DNA from: an uncultured Candidatus Saccharibacteria bacterium | GTDB lineage: Bacteria; Patescibacteriota; Minisyncoccia; UBA6257; WO2-44-18 | Direction of reading: 5' to 3' | NCBI GenBank assembly: GCA_964503795.1 | Contig: CAZDBT010000001.1 | Coordinates: forward strand, 4,518 to 68,517 | DNA: 64,000 nt | Program-made: the position numbers and the translations under genes | Part shown: piece after piece, positions 47,698 through 57,396 of the stretch | How positions within the stretch are numbered: position 1 is the first letter of the stretch | Layout: each line of letters starts with the position of its first letter | Notes under the pieces: model-generated | Database searches by the model: none | What the model saw: the letters and a program-made list of their open reading frames with translations, nothing else | Told to the model about the DNA's origin: nothing

Positions 47698-47780
47698 CGC
47701 ACACTTCCTTTCTTGAAAAGAACTGTTGCTCGAGGCCCGAGCAGGCAGTCAAGCGAACGCTTGATTGCCTAAATTATAAT

Positions 47781-48173
47781 CTATTCCGCAGCTTTTGTCA
47801 ACAAGTCGAGAATTTCGGTTCCACTAATAATTTCGGCGCCTTTTTTCACCACCTTCAGACCGTTGAACTCCTTTGGCGCGTGCGAAGCGGTAACCATTAC
47901 TCCGCCAACCGCCTTCAATTCATTGGCCAGAAAATAAAACATCGGGGTGGTGCAAAGACCCGCCTCTTCAATAATAAAACCGCGATCCTGAAAAACTTCG
48001 CGAATCGCCTCATATATGGAAGGCGAACTCAAGCGTGCGTCGTAGCCAATAATGATCTTGCCCTGCTGGAAACGGTCGGCTAAGACTTCCGCGATCTGCC
48101 TGCCCGCCGCCTCGTTGATCTCATCCGGGTAGCGGCCGCGAATGTCGTAAGCCTTGAAGATCGCCCGGTTCAT
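47781..48173 (-). CDS. Phosphomannomutase/phosphoglucomutase, N-terminal fragment (domain I)
   Basis: Start at MNRAIFKAYDIRG (ATG 48173, forming an ATGA overlap with the HAD gene stop). VMVTASHAPKEFNGLKV is the phosphoserine loop (TASHNP-type). It stops after about 130 aa at the domain I/II boundary. Confidence 0.8.
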   Translation of the reverse strand: MNRAIFKAYDIRGRYPDEINEAAGRQIAEVLADRFQQGKIIIGYDARLSSPSIYEAIREVFQDRGFIIEEAGLCTTPMFYFLANELKAVGGVMVTASHAPKEFNGLKVVKKGAEIISGTEILDLLTKAAE

Positions 48174-48745
48174 AGAAGATGCGGCAGCAGTTCGCTCCAA
48201 GAACGAACTTGATGATCGACAAAAGACAATTTTCCGAATTTATGAAAACGATCGAACAATAACCGGGTGTTAACGTCAGTCAACTTTTCCAAAACGCTCG
48301 GCTGGTCATCCACGTAAAGATCAATGCCTAAACGAACGGCATGCTCATTTTTTTCTTCCGGCTCGCGCACAAAAAAAGCGTTCCGCTCGTTGAAATAAAT
48401 AGGCCAGATCCCGTGTTTTTCCAGAAGCCGGATCGCCATGCCGGGATTGTGACGGCGGGAGATCAGAAAAAAGGGCCGCCCGGAAGCTTTCACCCGCGCC
48501 AGACCCTCTTTGGCTCCGGTAACAGTCCCGGCTTCTAAAGCCAGAACCGGATCATCGTAAAGTAGCGGCCGCATCTTCGCCAAAATTCTCTCCGGCACGA
48601 TTGTTTCAATAAAATCAGCCGGAGTATCTTCCTCTTTCAGGGCAAAACCGAATTTTTTAGCCAGCAGGATCTTGTTTGCGGTGTTATCAATGATAACTCC
48701 GTCCATATCAAAACCAATTATTTTTGAGGTGGCTTTATTTGTCAT
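48170..48745 (-). CDS. HAD-superfamily hydrolase
   Basis: 191 aa. IIGFDMDGVIID is HAD motif I (DxDGV). GIDLYVDDQ is a motif IV candidate. Confidence 0.65.
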   Translation of the reverse strand: MTNKATSKIIGFDMDGVIIDNTANKILLAKKFGFALKEEDTPADFIETIVPERILAKMRPLLYDDPVLALEAGTVTGAKEGLARVKASGRPFFLISRRHNPGMAIRLLEKHGIWPIYFNERNAFFVREPEEKNEHAVRLGIDLYVDDQPSVLEKLTDVNTRLLFDRFHKFGKLSFVDHQVRSWSELLPHLL

Positions 48746-48790
48746 TTAACTTATATTATCCTTTAAAACAGCTGATTGAAAAGAGGCGAT

Positions 48791-49516
48791 ATGAAGAACG
48801 AAAATGTTTTTGAGGAAAAGGCTCAAAAGATACTGAACTATCTGAAAACGGATATCCGGCACAATAATAGCTTCCTGCCCAGACCATTTTTCTTTGAGCT
48901 GACCGGCTCTCCCGATGCGGGTAAAACCACCACCATTAAAGAGTCGTACAACTTTCTCCGTTTGATGAAATTCAAGGTTTTGATGCCCCAGGAAGGAGCA
49001 GAGGTCATCCAGCATATCGAACGCACAACGCCTCTCTACAATATCCGCACCGGTCTCTACGCCCTGACACAACTCATCGACTTTTCTACCAGCCATCTCT
49101 ACGATGTGGTGATCTTCGACCGCTGCATCTTTGATGCTTACTGCTGGATGATGTATTGGAGAGGAAAAGAAAAGTTGTCCGATCAGGAAATGGCCATGAT
49201 CCAATCATTTTTCCTGTCCAGATTCTGGATGGATCGCATTGATCTATCAATATTCATGATCTGCGATCCGGAGGAGGCGATGCGGCGCGGGAAAAGAATC
49301 GCCGTGAGCCAAAAAATGGGTCAGACCTCTAATCCCGGGACTATTCAAACCCTCGTGGACCGCTACCGAACCGCTTTTGCCCAGCTCAAGCCCGATCATC
49401 CGCAGCTCCAGCTTTTGGATACTACGAAGATGAGGGAGCGGGCAGTCATCGAGAAAGTAACCGGCCTGCTGCTGGAAGCAATGGAAAAGAAAGTAGAACG
49501 ATCAACCACTCTCTAA
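48791..49516 (+). CDS. P-loop NTPase, (deoxy)nucleoside/nucleotide kinase-like
   Basis: Start at MKNENVF (ATG 48791, AAAGAGG SD). FELTGSPDAGKTT is a Walker A motif. VIFDRCIFDAY resembles the DRS/DRY region of dNK/dTMP kinases. Assignment is tentative. Confidence 0.45.
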   Translation: MKNENVFEEKAQKILNYLKTDIRHNNSFLPRPFFFELTGSPDAGKTTTIKESYNFLRLMKFKVLMPQEGAEVIQHIERTTPLYNIRTGLYALTQLIDFSTSHLYDVVIFDRCIFDAYCWMMYWRGKEKLSDQEMAMIQSFFLSRFWMDRIDLSIFMICDPEEAMRRGKRIAVSQKMGQTSNPGTIQTLVDRYRTAFAQLKPDHPQLQLLDTTKMRERAVIEKVTGLLLEAMEKKVERSTTL

Positions 49517-49565
49517 AGGGGTGGTTTTTTAATTTCTCGCTGATTTCCGTTATACTATTGAATAG

Positions 49566-51707
49566 ATGTCCAGGAAAGATAAAAAGAAGGCGGACCGCAT
49601 CCATCCGGAAACCAAAAACAGCATCCTGGCTGTTATTTTAGTCGGCGTTGCGGTTCTTTTGTTGCTGGCATCCTTCCACAAAGCCGGGCCGGTTGGTGAA
49701 TTCGTTTATATGGTATTGGAAAAATTATTCGGTTGGGGCTACTACTTGTTGCCGACGATCGCCTTGCTGGTGGCCGGCACATTCCTTCTGGCGAAACGGA
49801 AGATCTTTCTTGCCAACAGCATAATCGGATCGGCGTTATTTATCGTCTCCGGCTTGGGTCTGATGGATATTCTGCTCGACGGGAAAGGCGGGATGGCCGG
49901 AAAGCTAGTGGGCTTCCTCCAAGTTCCCTTCGGATATACCGCTTCTATTATACTGGCCTTCGTTCTGCTGATCACCTCGATCCTCGTCACCTTCAACGCT
50001 TCAATAAAATTCTGGAGAGTTGGGAAGGAGGGACCGGAAAAACTTGCTGGGTCCGCAATGGACGAAGAACCGGACGAGGTGAAGATCGCGGAAGATATGC
50101 CGCCTGCTCCGAAAACTAAAAAAGGCGGGGCCGATGAAGATGAAGAGGAAATTGAAGGGGACGAGGAAGAGTTGGAGCTGAAAGTCGTAGGCGCTTCCGC
50201 TCCGTCCGCTGTCGTAAAAAAAGCCGGTCTGAAAATAAAAGAATATGGAAATTACGTGGCGCCGCCGCAATCTTTATTGAAATCATCGGTAGAAAAACCG
50301 ACCTCCGGCGATCTGCGCGCTAACGCCAATATCATCAAGCGGACTTTGGACAGTTTCGGCATTCCCGTGGAGATGGGCGAGATAAATATCGGTCCCAAAG
50401 TTACCCGCTACACGCTCAAACCGGCAGAAGGAGTGAAGCTGGCTAAGATCCTTGCGTTGAACCAAGACCTTTCGCTGGCCCTCGCCGCTCATCCGATCCG
50501 CATTGAAGCCCCGATCCCGGGCAAATCTCTGGTCGGCATTGAGGTCCCTAATAAATCAGCGGCCGTGGTGCGCTTGGGCAGTCTGATCGCTTATCCGGAA
50601 TTTAAAGACTCCGGTCCGCTGGCCTTCGTTGTCGGGCGCGGCGTCAGCGGTGAACCGATCATGGCGGATATAGAAAAAATGCCCCACTTGCTGATCGCCG
50701 GGGCCACCGGCAGCGGCAAAAGCGTTGGCATCCATTCTTTGATCGTCTCATTGCTTTATAAAAACTCCCCCGCCACATTGCGACTGGCGATGGTAGATCC
50801 AAAGCGCGTGGAGCTGTCGGTTTATGGAGGACTGCCGCACCTGATAGCGCCGGTGGTCGTGGAAGGAAAAAAATCGGTTGGGCTGTTCCGCTGGGCGATC
50901 AAAGAAATGGAAAACCGATATGAGATCCTGCTTAATGCCGGCGCCCGCGATATCCGCTCCTACAACCAAAAAAATTCTCCGCCACTGCCCTACTTAGTGA
51001 TGATCATCGATGAGCTGGCCGATCTGATGGCGTCTTATGGAAAAGAGATCGAAGGTTCTATCGTGCGCCTCGCCCAGATGGCCCGGGCAACCGGTATCCA
51101 TTTGGTGGTTGCCACTCAACGGCCGTCGGTAGAGGTTGTCACCGGTCTGATCAAAGCCAACATCACCTCCCGGATGGCGATGCAGGTGGGAAGCCAAATA
51201 GATTCACGAACGATCCTAGATATGGCCGGAGCGGAAAAACTTTTGGGCGGCGGCGATATGCTTTTCCTTTCTTCCGAATTCTCCAAACCCAAACGTATTC
51301 AGGGCGCCTATATTTCCGAAGAAGAGATCAAAGCGGTGGCTAATTTTATCGAGGAGAATAACGAATTGGCCGATATGACGGCGGAGATCCCAGACAACAA
51401 GAGCCTGCCGATGAAGAACGAACCGTCTGATTTTTTGGAAAACCTGGATGATGGCGACGAGGCCGACGATGAACTTTATCACGAAGCGATCAAGGTGGTT
51501 ACGGAAGCCGGGAAAGCCTCCGCTTCCCTGCTCCAACGCCGATTGAAAGTGGGCTACGCCAGAGCCGCCCGCCTGCTGGATATAATGGAAGACAAAGGAG
51601 TGATCGGCCCGGGAGACGGCGCTAAACCGCGCGAAGTTTACAATGACAATCCCGCCGCTCCATCCGCCGGCGACCCCGGCCCATCCGAACCGGATTCTTT
51701 TGCTTAA
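49566..51707 (+). CDS. ftsK: DNA translocase FtsK/SpoIIIE
   Basis: 713 aa. N-terminal transmembrane helices, Walker A GATGSGKSVGIHSLI, Walker B VMIIDELADL, and a C-terminal gamma winged helix (LLQRRLKVGYARAARLLDIMEDKGVIGP). Confidence 0.9.
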   Translation: MSRKDKKKADRIHPETKNSILAVILVGVAVLLLLASFHKAGPVGEFVYMVLEKLFGWGYYLLPTIALLVAGTFLLAKRKIFLANSIIGSALFIVSGLGLMDILLDGKGGMAGKLVGFLQVPFGYTASIILAFVLLITSILVTFNASIKFWRVGKEGPEKLAGSAMDEEPDEVKIAEDMPPAPKTKKGGADEDEEEIEGDEEELELKVVGASAPSAVVKKAGLKIKEYGNYVAPPQSLLKSSVEKPTSGDLRANANIIKRTLDSFGIPVEMGEINIGPKVTRYTLKPAEGVKLAKILALNQDLSLALAAHPIRIEAPIPGKSLVGIEVPNKSAAVVRLGSLIAYPEFKDSGPLAFVVGRGVSGEPIMADIEKMPHLLIAGATGSGKSVGIHSLIVSLLYKNSPATLRLAMVDPKRVELSVYGGLPHLIAPVVVEGKKSVGLFRWAIKEMENRYEILLNAGARDIRSYNQKNSPPLPYLVMIIDELADLMASYGKEIEGSIVRLAQMARATGIHLVVATQRPSVEVVTGLIKANITSRMAMQVGSQIDSRTILDMAGAEKLLGGGDMLFLSSEFSKPKRIQGAYISEEEIKAVANFIEENNELADMTAEIPDNKSLPMKNEPSDFLENLDDGDEADDELYHEAIKVVTEAGKASASLLQRRLKVGYARAARLLDIMEDKGVIGPGDGAKPREVYNDNPAAPSAGDPGPSEPDSFA

Positions 51708-51736
51708 ACTTTTTTGGAAATAAAAATCCCCCGGCC

Positions 51737-51967
51737 CTAGGTCGGGGGATTTAGATTGGTAAGCAAAGCCTGGATGCAGGCGCGAGACTTCGCGATCTCA
51801 TCGATAACTGCTCGGAGCCCACTTTCCGATCTCGCCAACTCGGCCTCCGCGCTTTTCAGCACCGAAACCGCCAGCTCCCTGGAAACCGAATCATCAATCT
51901 CTCTCTGCAACGCCGCGTTCTCCTCCCGCAACTGCAGCAGCGCCAGATCTTTTAAGTCCTTGAGCAT
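51737..51967 (-). CDS. Small coiled-coil protein, hypothetical
   Basis: 76 aa. Heptad-like LKDLALLQLREENAALQREID. Its 3' end overlaps the ftsK terminator hairpin, so it is uncertain. Confidence 0.3.
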   Translation of the reverse strand: MLKDLKDLALLQLREENAALQREIDDSVSRELAVSVLKSAEAELARSESGLRAVIDEIAKSRACIQALLTNLNPPT

Positions 51968-52095
51968 ACCGAGCTCCTTTGCTTGGGTTCTTGTTAAAGT
52001 CCAAACTTCACTTCCGCGATAATAGCACGACTAAAAAAATTTGCAACCCCGTTGTGCGGGATAAAAAAACTCTTTATAATGCGAGGGAAACAAAG

Positions 52096-52767
52096 ATGGA
52101 GCAGAAAACCCTTAAAGAAATTATTTTGGAACGGATCGACGCCAAAGGGCTGAACCTTGAAAAGGTTTGCATCCTGACCGGCGTGCCAAAACATTACCTG
52201 GACTATATTTTCGCCGGAGAATGGCATCGGTTACCGGCCGCGCCGTACACCCGCGGATATTTTAAAAAATTGGAAATGGCCCTTGACGCGACACCGGGCG
52301 ACCTTTGGGAGTTATACAAAGACGAGGCGGAAATGCGATCCTCCGGAGCCACCGACAAGCTGCCGGAGAACCGCTTTGCGATCAAAAAAGTTAAGCGCGC
52401 CTGGATCTGGCCGGTCGTGCTGGGAGGAATTGCGATCGTCTATCTGGCGATCAATGCCAGCCGGCTGATCGGTATCCCTCCCTTGGATATTCAAAATCCG
52501 CTAAGCGCCACCGTCATATCTCACCTGCCCGGTTTTGAGTTAAGCGGGATGATCGACCCCCGCGACAAAGTATTCGTCAACAACGAAGAGGTTTTTGTTG
52601 ACAAAGACGGCCGATTCCAAGAAAATTATAATCTGCAACCCGGCCTAAACACTTTTGAAGTTCTAGCCAAGCGTTTTCTCGGCCGGGAAACTAAAGTCGT
52701 CAAACAAATAATTTATCAACCGCAGCCGGAAGAGCCGAAAACCACGGCGCCGAATGGCTGGAAATAA
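52096..52767 (+). CDS. RodZ-like HTH-domain membrane protein
   Basis: Start at [13 protein letters not shown] (ATG 52096, GAGGGAAACAAAG upstream). It has an N-terminal XRE-type HTH, one transmembrane helix ([18 protein letters not shown]) and a C-terminal extracellular domain. A TATAAT box at 52072-52077 may be its promoter. Confidence 0.5.
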   Translation: MEQKTLKEIILERIDAKGLNLEKVCILTGVPKHYLDYIFAGEWHRLPAAPYTRGYFKKLEMALDATPGDLWELYKDEAEMRSSGATDKLPENRFAIKKVKRAWIWPVVLGGIAIVYLAINASRLIGIPPLDIQNPLSATVISHLPGFELSGMIDPRDKVFVNNEEVFVDKDGRFQENYNLQPGLNTFEVLAKRFLGRETKVVKQIIYQPQPEEPKTTAPNGWK

Positions 52768-53788
52768 TCCAATGACCAATAAAAAGGAAGATACTAGTAA
52801 GGAAGTGGAAACAAAAAAAGAAGCTACCGCCTTAGACAGTTTGCTGTCTTCGCTGCAGGAAAAATTCGGGGAGGGAGCGATCATGAAGCTTGGGGACGCG
52901 AAAAAGCTGAATGTGGAATCCATTCCCACCGGATCGTTCTCGCTCGATCTGGCTTTGGGGGTTGGCGGACTGCCGAAAGGCAGGATCATTGAGATCTATG
53001 GCCCCGAATCTTCCGGAAAGACCACCTTGGCGCTCAACGTGATCGCTCAAGCCCAAAAAAGGGGCGGTAAGGCGGCTTTCATAGATGCGGAACATGCCAT
53101 GGACCCGGAGTATGCCTCAAAACTCGGCGTGAGGGTTAAAGAACTGCTCATCTCCCAACCTGATAACGGCGAAGAAGCTCTGAATATTCTGGAAAGCCTG
53201 GTACGATCCGGGATTATTGATGTAGTGGTGGTGGACTCTGTTGCCGCACTGACTCCCAAAGTTGAAATAGAGGGCGAGATGGGCGCTCAATATATGGGCT
53301 TGCAGGCGCGTATGATGTCCCAGGCATTGCGAAAATTAACCGCTATCTCCGCAAAATCCAACACCATGGTGATCTTCATCAACCAGCTACGCGAAAAGAT
53401 CGGCATTGTATTCGGCAATCCGGAAACTACTCCCGGCGGCCGCGCTCTGAAGTTCTATTGCTCTGTTCGTATTGACGTTCGCAAGGAAGCAGTAATTAAA
53501 AAAGGAGAGGATGTCGTTGGCAATCGGGTCCGGGCAAAAGTGGTGAAAAATAAAGTAGCGGCGCCGTTTAAGATAGCGGAATTTGATATTATGTACGGAT
53601 CGGGAATGTCTTATGAGGCCGATGTCGCCAATGCCGCTTTAAAATACGGAGTGATCACCAAGGCTGGCGCGTCTTATAGCTTTGATGGAGAAAAATTGGG
53701 TGTAGGGATAGAGAACGTGAAGGCCCGCCTGGTAGAGGACAAAAAACTTCTTCACGCGATAGAACAGAAGGTCCGCGCAGTCGCCTAG
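52754..53788 (+). CDS. recA: Recombinase RecA
   Basis: 344 aa. [19 protein letters not shown] is Walker [10 protein letters not shown] and [10 protein letters not shown] are canonical RecA motifs. The start may be the downstream Met at 52772. Confidence 0.95.
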   Translation: MAGNNPMTNKKEDTSKEVETKKEATALDSLLSSLQEKFGEGAIMKLGDAKKLNVESIPTGSFSLDLALGVGGLPKGRIIEIYGPESSGKTTLALNVIAQAQKRGGKAAFIDAEHAMDPEYASKLGVRVKELLISQPDNGEEALNILESLVRSGIIDVVVVDSVAALTPKVEIEGEMGAQYMGLQARMMSQALRKLTAISAKSNTMVIFINQLREKIGIVFGNPETTPGGRALKFYCSVRIDVRKEAVIKKGEDVVGNRVRAKVVKNKVAAPFKIAEFDIMYGSGMSYEADVANAALKYGVITKAGASYSFDGEKLGVGIENVKARLVEDKKLLHAIEQKVRAVA

Positions 53789-53800
53789 CAATAAGAAACA

Positions 53801-54847
53801 CTAAAGGATCGGGTAAATTAAGCCGACCAAAAATTCAAGAACGCCATCGTACCATCGCTGGCGGAATCCCGCCGCCGAAAAGCGCGCGGACTGCGTTTTC
53901 CATTTATTCAAAATAATTTTAAGATCTCCGATCATGTCTTTGCGCTGAAAAACTACGCTGGCTTCTAAATTAAAATCAAAGCTTTGGGCGTCCACATTGT
54001 TGGACCCAACCAATCCCTCGTGGTCATCCACCAGTAAGACTTTGGCGTGATTCATTTCCGACATAATAAAGAAATTGATCATCGGGCTTAATTTTTTCAA
54101 AATATAACGGTGCGCCAGCTGAACCAGCGCATGATCGGTATCGCCGGGAACGATCACCTCGATCTCAACTCCCCGCTTGGCGGCTTTCTTTAGGGCGTTG
54201 AAAAACCAACGCTGGGGAACAAAGTAAGGAGTAACGATGGTGATCTTATTCCGCGCTTCAGCGCACTTCTTTTTATAATATTTGATCAAAGACCGGCGCC
54301 CATAGAACGGCCAGCGTTCAATTAGCCAGGTTTTCGCTTGATATAATGAGGCGTTCAGTTTTTGCAATTTCCATTTCCGGAACCTCAACACTTCTAGATC
54401 CCTTCCTCCGGAAAGATAATAGATCTTCGCGAAAGAACTCAAAAAGCGTTTCACCAAGATCCCGGTGGCGCGCAAATGCAGATCTAACCAGTCGGCATAT
54501 TCTCCTCGGATATTCACTCCGCCGATGAAGCCAACCTGCTCATCAACCACTAATAATTTTCGGTGGGTGTGGTTGATCCAGCGATTGTAGATCAGGATCT
54601 CCGCTCCGGCTTCGGTGAAAGCTTTCCGATCGATCGTACCGAACCAAAAACTACCGGCTCGATCAATAATAATTTTTACTTTCACCCCATTCCGAGCCTT
54701 GGTTTTGATTGCCTCCAAAAAATGGTGGGTGTCCGGATCGTCGGCGAGAATAAAACTTTCTAAAAAAATGGACTTGGTGGCATGCTCGATCGCCTCAAGC
54801 ATCGCCGCCCAAGCCTTGTCGGATCTTGTGTAGAATTTGTACTTCAT
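53801..54847 (-). CDS. Phospholipase D-family protein (cardiolipin synthase-like), soluble
   Basis: 348 aa. Two HKD motifs: HRKLLVVD and HAKVLLVDD. Confidence 0.7.
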   Translation of the reverse strand: MKYKFYTRSDKAWAAMLEAIEHATKSIFLESFILADDPDTHHFLEAIKTKARNGVKVKIIIDRAGSFWFGTIDRKAFTEAGAEILIYNRWINHTHRKLLVVDEQVGFIGGVNIRGEYADWLDLHLRATGILVKRFLSSFAKIYYLSGGRDLEVLRFRKWKLQKLNASLYQAKTWLIERWPFYGRRSLIKYYKKKCAEARNKITIVTPYFVPQRWFFNALKKAAKRGVEIEVIVPGDTDHALVQLAHRYILKKLSPMINFFIMSEMNHAKVLLVDDHEGLVGSNNVDAQSFDFNLEASVVFQRKDMIGDLKIILNKWKTQSARFSAAGFRQRWYDGVLEFLVGLIYPIL

Positions 54848-54851
54848 CCAA

Positions 54852-55814
54852 TTAGATCAGCATCCGGACCACCTCCGCCACCTTATCTGGATCGTGGCGT
54901 ATGAAACCGGTCTTCCGCAATAAGTCGGCTACGATCGGCACGGGCTTTGCTGAAAAATTATTAACATCTACCTCCACGAACTGCGCCTTTTCTTTAGCAT
55001 AGGGCTTAAACCGCATCAATGTCGGTTGGGTTTTATTGATAACGACATAGTCCAAGACGTTCCTTCCCAAATAATCTTCCACCGTTCTCACGAAGTCCGA
55101 AACGCGGAAACCGTTGGTTTCTCCGAATTTGGTCATGATATTAACAAAGTAGATCTTTTTGCCTTTAGCTTTTTCCAGGGCTTGCTTAACGCCTTTTACC
55201 AACAAATTGGGCAGCAGGCTGGAATAAAGATCGCCCGGACCGATCAAGATCAGATCCGCTTCGATGATGGCTTTCCGGGCGAGTGGATTGATCTGCGCTT
55301 CGGGGCTTAGCCAGACTTTTTTTATTTTAAGATTCCCGTCATGCTTAGGAATATCAATGTTGGTTTCTCCTTTGATGACCTCTCCGTTCTCCAGCTCCGC
55401 CATCAGCGAGCACTTCTTCAGAGTGGCCGGCAAAACCCGTCCCTGTACGGACAAAATTTTCCCCGCTTCCATCACTGCCTTATCAAAACTGCCGGTGATC
55501 CGCTCTAGGGCGGTAATGATCAGGTTGCCGAAGCTGTGTCCCGACAAGCCACTCCCCTCCTGAAAACGATAATTGAAAAGATCGGACAACATCTTATTGT
55601 CAGAAGAAGAAAGCGCGATCAGGGCGCGACGAATATCGCCGGGCGGCAAAATTCCGAACTCTTCCCGCAATATGCCGGAGGACCCTCCTTCGTCCGCGGC
55701 GGTAACCACGGCGGTAATGTCGGGAAATCGGGTTTTTAATCCCAATAACACCGGGAATATTCCCGTGCCACCCCCGATCACCACGATCTTTTTTCCTTTC
55801 TGTTGACCAGTCAT
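54852..55814 (-). CDS. YvcK/CofD-like gluconeogenesis factor family protein (UPF0052)
   Basis: 320 aa. KIVVIGGGTGIFPVLLGLK...AVVTAADEGGSSGILR is the family signature. Confidence 0.8.
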   Translation of the reverse strand: MTGQQKGKKIVVIGGGTGIFPVLLGLKTRFPDITAVVTAADEGGSSGILREEFGILPPGDIRRALIALSSSDNKMLSDLFNYRFQEGSGLSGHSFGNLIITALERITGSFDKAVMEAGKILSVQGRVLPATLKKCSLMAELENGEVIKGETNIDIPKHDGNLKIKKVWLSPEAQINPLARKAIIEADLILIGPGDLYSSLLPNLLVKGVKQALEKAKGKKIYFVNIMTKFGETNGFRVSDFVRTVEDYLGRNVLDYVVINKTQPTLMRFKPYAKEKAQFVEVDVNNFSAKPVPIVADLLRKTGFIRHDPDKVAEVVRMLI

Positions 55815-55886
55815 TTATTGTTATCCATCTTAGCTCTTCGCCCGACTTTGGTCTAGATAGAAAAACCACTCCGAGGGGCAGAGTGG

Positions 55887-56534
55887 TTAAGGATTCCATT
55901 TGAGTGTGGACGGCATACCGAAAGTGGAGCTCCGAACTCCGTTCGCATAAGACAGAAAGGTGCCTTTGTCGGCCCGCATTGCCATTACCTTACTGCTGGG
56001 AACGGGCGGACAACCCAGCAAATAAAGATTGCGCTGGGTTAGGATCTCCGGATCCCAGCACAGAAGCGCGATCGCCTCCTCTACCGTCAGACCGCGGCGG
56101 TCCGCCTCGTTTAGCCTCCTGCGAACATTATTTATATCTTCCCGATACTCTATACCCGGCTCAACATCAAAGATCAGGTAAATGTCGTTCGGAACGGTTG
56201 ATGGAGGCTGGTAGAAGGCGCGGGCTTCTGCGTCGCACTCTCCGGAACGGCTCAACTCTTCAACCTGACCGACAAATACATCCTTCAGCTGCCGGAGCCA
56301 TGAAACGACCTGGTCGGGAATGACGATCAGGCACGGAATGTGATTTTCGTGAAACGTAAGATGTAAAACTTCTTCATTGCTACGCACGAACCTGGCCAAG
56401 AACGAAAGCCTTTTGAGAAAATTCACGCTTTGTTTACCGGCTTTTTGCTCATAGCAAAGATCGAGCAATTTTTTGGCCTGTCGGTCGTAAACTTCTACCA
56501 GCTGATCACGCGCAACCTCCACTATCTCCGCCAT
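55887..56534 (-). CDS. Hypothetical protein
   Basis: 215 aa, no recognisable motifs. GC somewhat above the local background. Confidence 0.4.
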   Translation of the reverse strand: MAEIVEVARDQLVEVYDRQAKKLLDLCYEQKAGKQSVNFLKRLSFLARFVRSNEEVLHLTFHENHIPCLIVIPDQVVSWLRQLKDVFVGQVEELSRSGECDAEARAFYQPPSTVPNDIYLIFDVEPGIEYREDINNVRRRLNEADRRGLTVEEAIALLCWDPEILTQRNLYLLGCPPVPSSKVMAMRADKGTFLSYANGVRSSTFGMPSTLKWNP

Positions 56535-56679
56535 ACAGGCCTCCGCTTTTTCGGTCTCAAGATTCTACCGAGAGCATACCGCTTTTTTAATATTCGTCAA
56601 CAAAAATCCCGGCTCCACGCCGAGACATACAAAACGATCTTAATCAGTCAATGACTTGACTATCTAGTCAAGCAGTTGT

Positions 56680-57051
56680 CTAAAGATTTTCGTAGTGGGA
56701 AATTTGCAGCGGATCCAGACAGATCGCCACCAGATCGATCCGGTATCCCCTTGTTGGGTCTATGATTGCCTCATTGGATCCGGCAAATAATGCGGCAACT
56801 CGTTTTAACTTTGTCAGTTTGGCGCTAGTTAAATTGTCTTCTGGATGTAAATCAGTGTTTGCCGGCAAACGTCGTACGCTTTTTACCTCCACGAAAACCA
56901 GAACTCCTTCATGATCTTTAGCGATAATATCCAACTCGCCCCAGGGCTTCCAATAATTTCTTTCAAGAATCTTGTATCCTTTCTTAATTAGAAAATCACA
57001 TGCGTGACCTTCTCCGATTGCTCCGGTGATAGATGTTTTACTTTTAAGCAT
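56680..57051 (-). CDS. yraN: YraN-family (UPF0102) endonuclease-like protein
   Basis: 123 aa. GAIGEGHACDFLIKKGYKILERNYWKPWGELDIIAKDHEGVLVFVEVKSVR matches the YraN consensus. Confidence 0.75.
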   Translation of the reverse strand: MLKSKTSITGAIGEGHACDFLIKKGYKILERNYWKPWGELDIIAKDHEGVLVFVEVKSVRRLPANTDLHPEDNLTSAKLTKLKRVAALFAGSNEAIIDPTRGYRIDLVAICLDPLQISHYENL

Positions 57052-57058
57052 AATCGTT

Positions 57059-57184
57059 AAGTGATGTTTAGCGTTTTACATTGTACTACGAATTTCCAGA
57101 CTACAAAAGGCCAGATTCTGTGATGGGCATTCTAACTTTGACTGGGCGTAGTTACGAAACGACGTAAAACGCTAAGCATCACTT
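57059..57184. repeat. 126-bp MITE-like element or large stem-loop with 21-bp terminal inverted repeats
   Basis: AAGTGATGTTTAGCGTTTTAC at 57059-57079 pairs with GTAAAACGCTAAGCATCACTT at 57164-57184 (20/21). It starts 8 nt upstream of the yraN ATG. Confidence 0.6.
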
Positions 57185-57396
57185 GTCGCCTTTGGCATAT
57201 CTAAATATGTTTCACACTAAACACTTTTTTTAATTCCCTCACAAAGTTGGTACGGTGTTTAACACTTAAGTGTTAAACAATTCCCCTAATAGCCCCTGTT
57301 AAACAAATTAGTATGTTTCACACTGATTGCCGCATTCTGTCAAGTAGTTGTTTTGCCGCATTATGCGGCAATCCGGCAAAGAAAAACCCCGCTAAA

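Noticed and set aside
46870-47772. 300-aa plus-strand ORF antisense to paralog B, and similar antisense ORFs inside clpB (40061..40822, 40512..41036), the surface-protein gene (33518..34126 and others) and the epimerases (8836..9708)
   Set aside because: They overlap well-supported genes on the other strand, lack SDs, and have low-complexity R/L/G-rich translations.
45292-47780. Intein or self-splicing intron interrupting PMM
   Set aside because: The insert carries four independently signalled genes with stops in all frames, plus terminators. The flanking PMM fragments are not in a continuous frame, and no intein motifs (Cys/Ser ... HN) were seen.
48746-49204. 152-aa minus-strand ORF
   Set aside because: It is antisense to the P-loop kinase-like gene and has no motif support.
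57052-57396. RNase P RNA, SRP RNA or tmRNA in the repeat-rich intergenic region
   Set aside because: None of the universally conserved motifs (RNase P GGAAAGUCCGGGCU/AGGGUGAAA, SRP GNRA-tetraloop domain IV, tmRNA tag ORF plus tRNA-like ends) could be found. It is kept only as an unexplained structured region.
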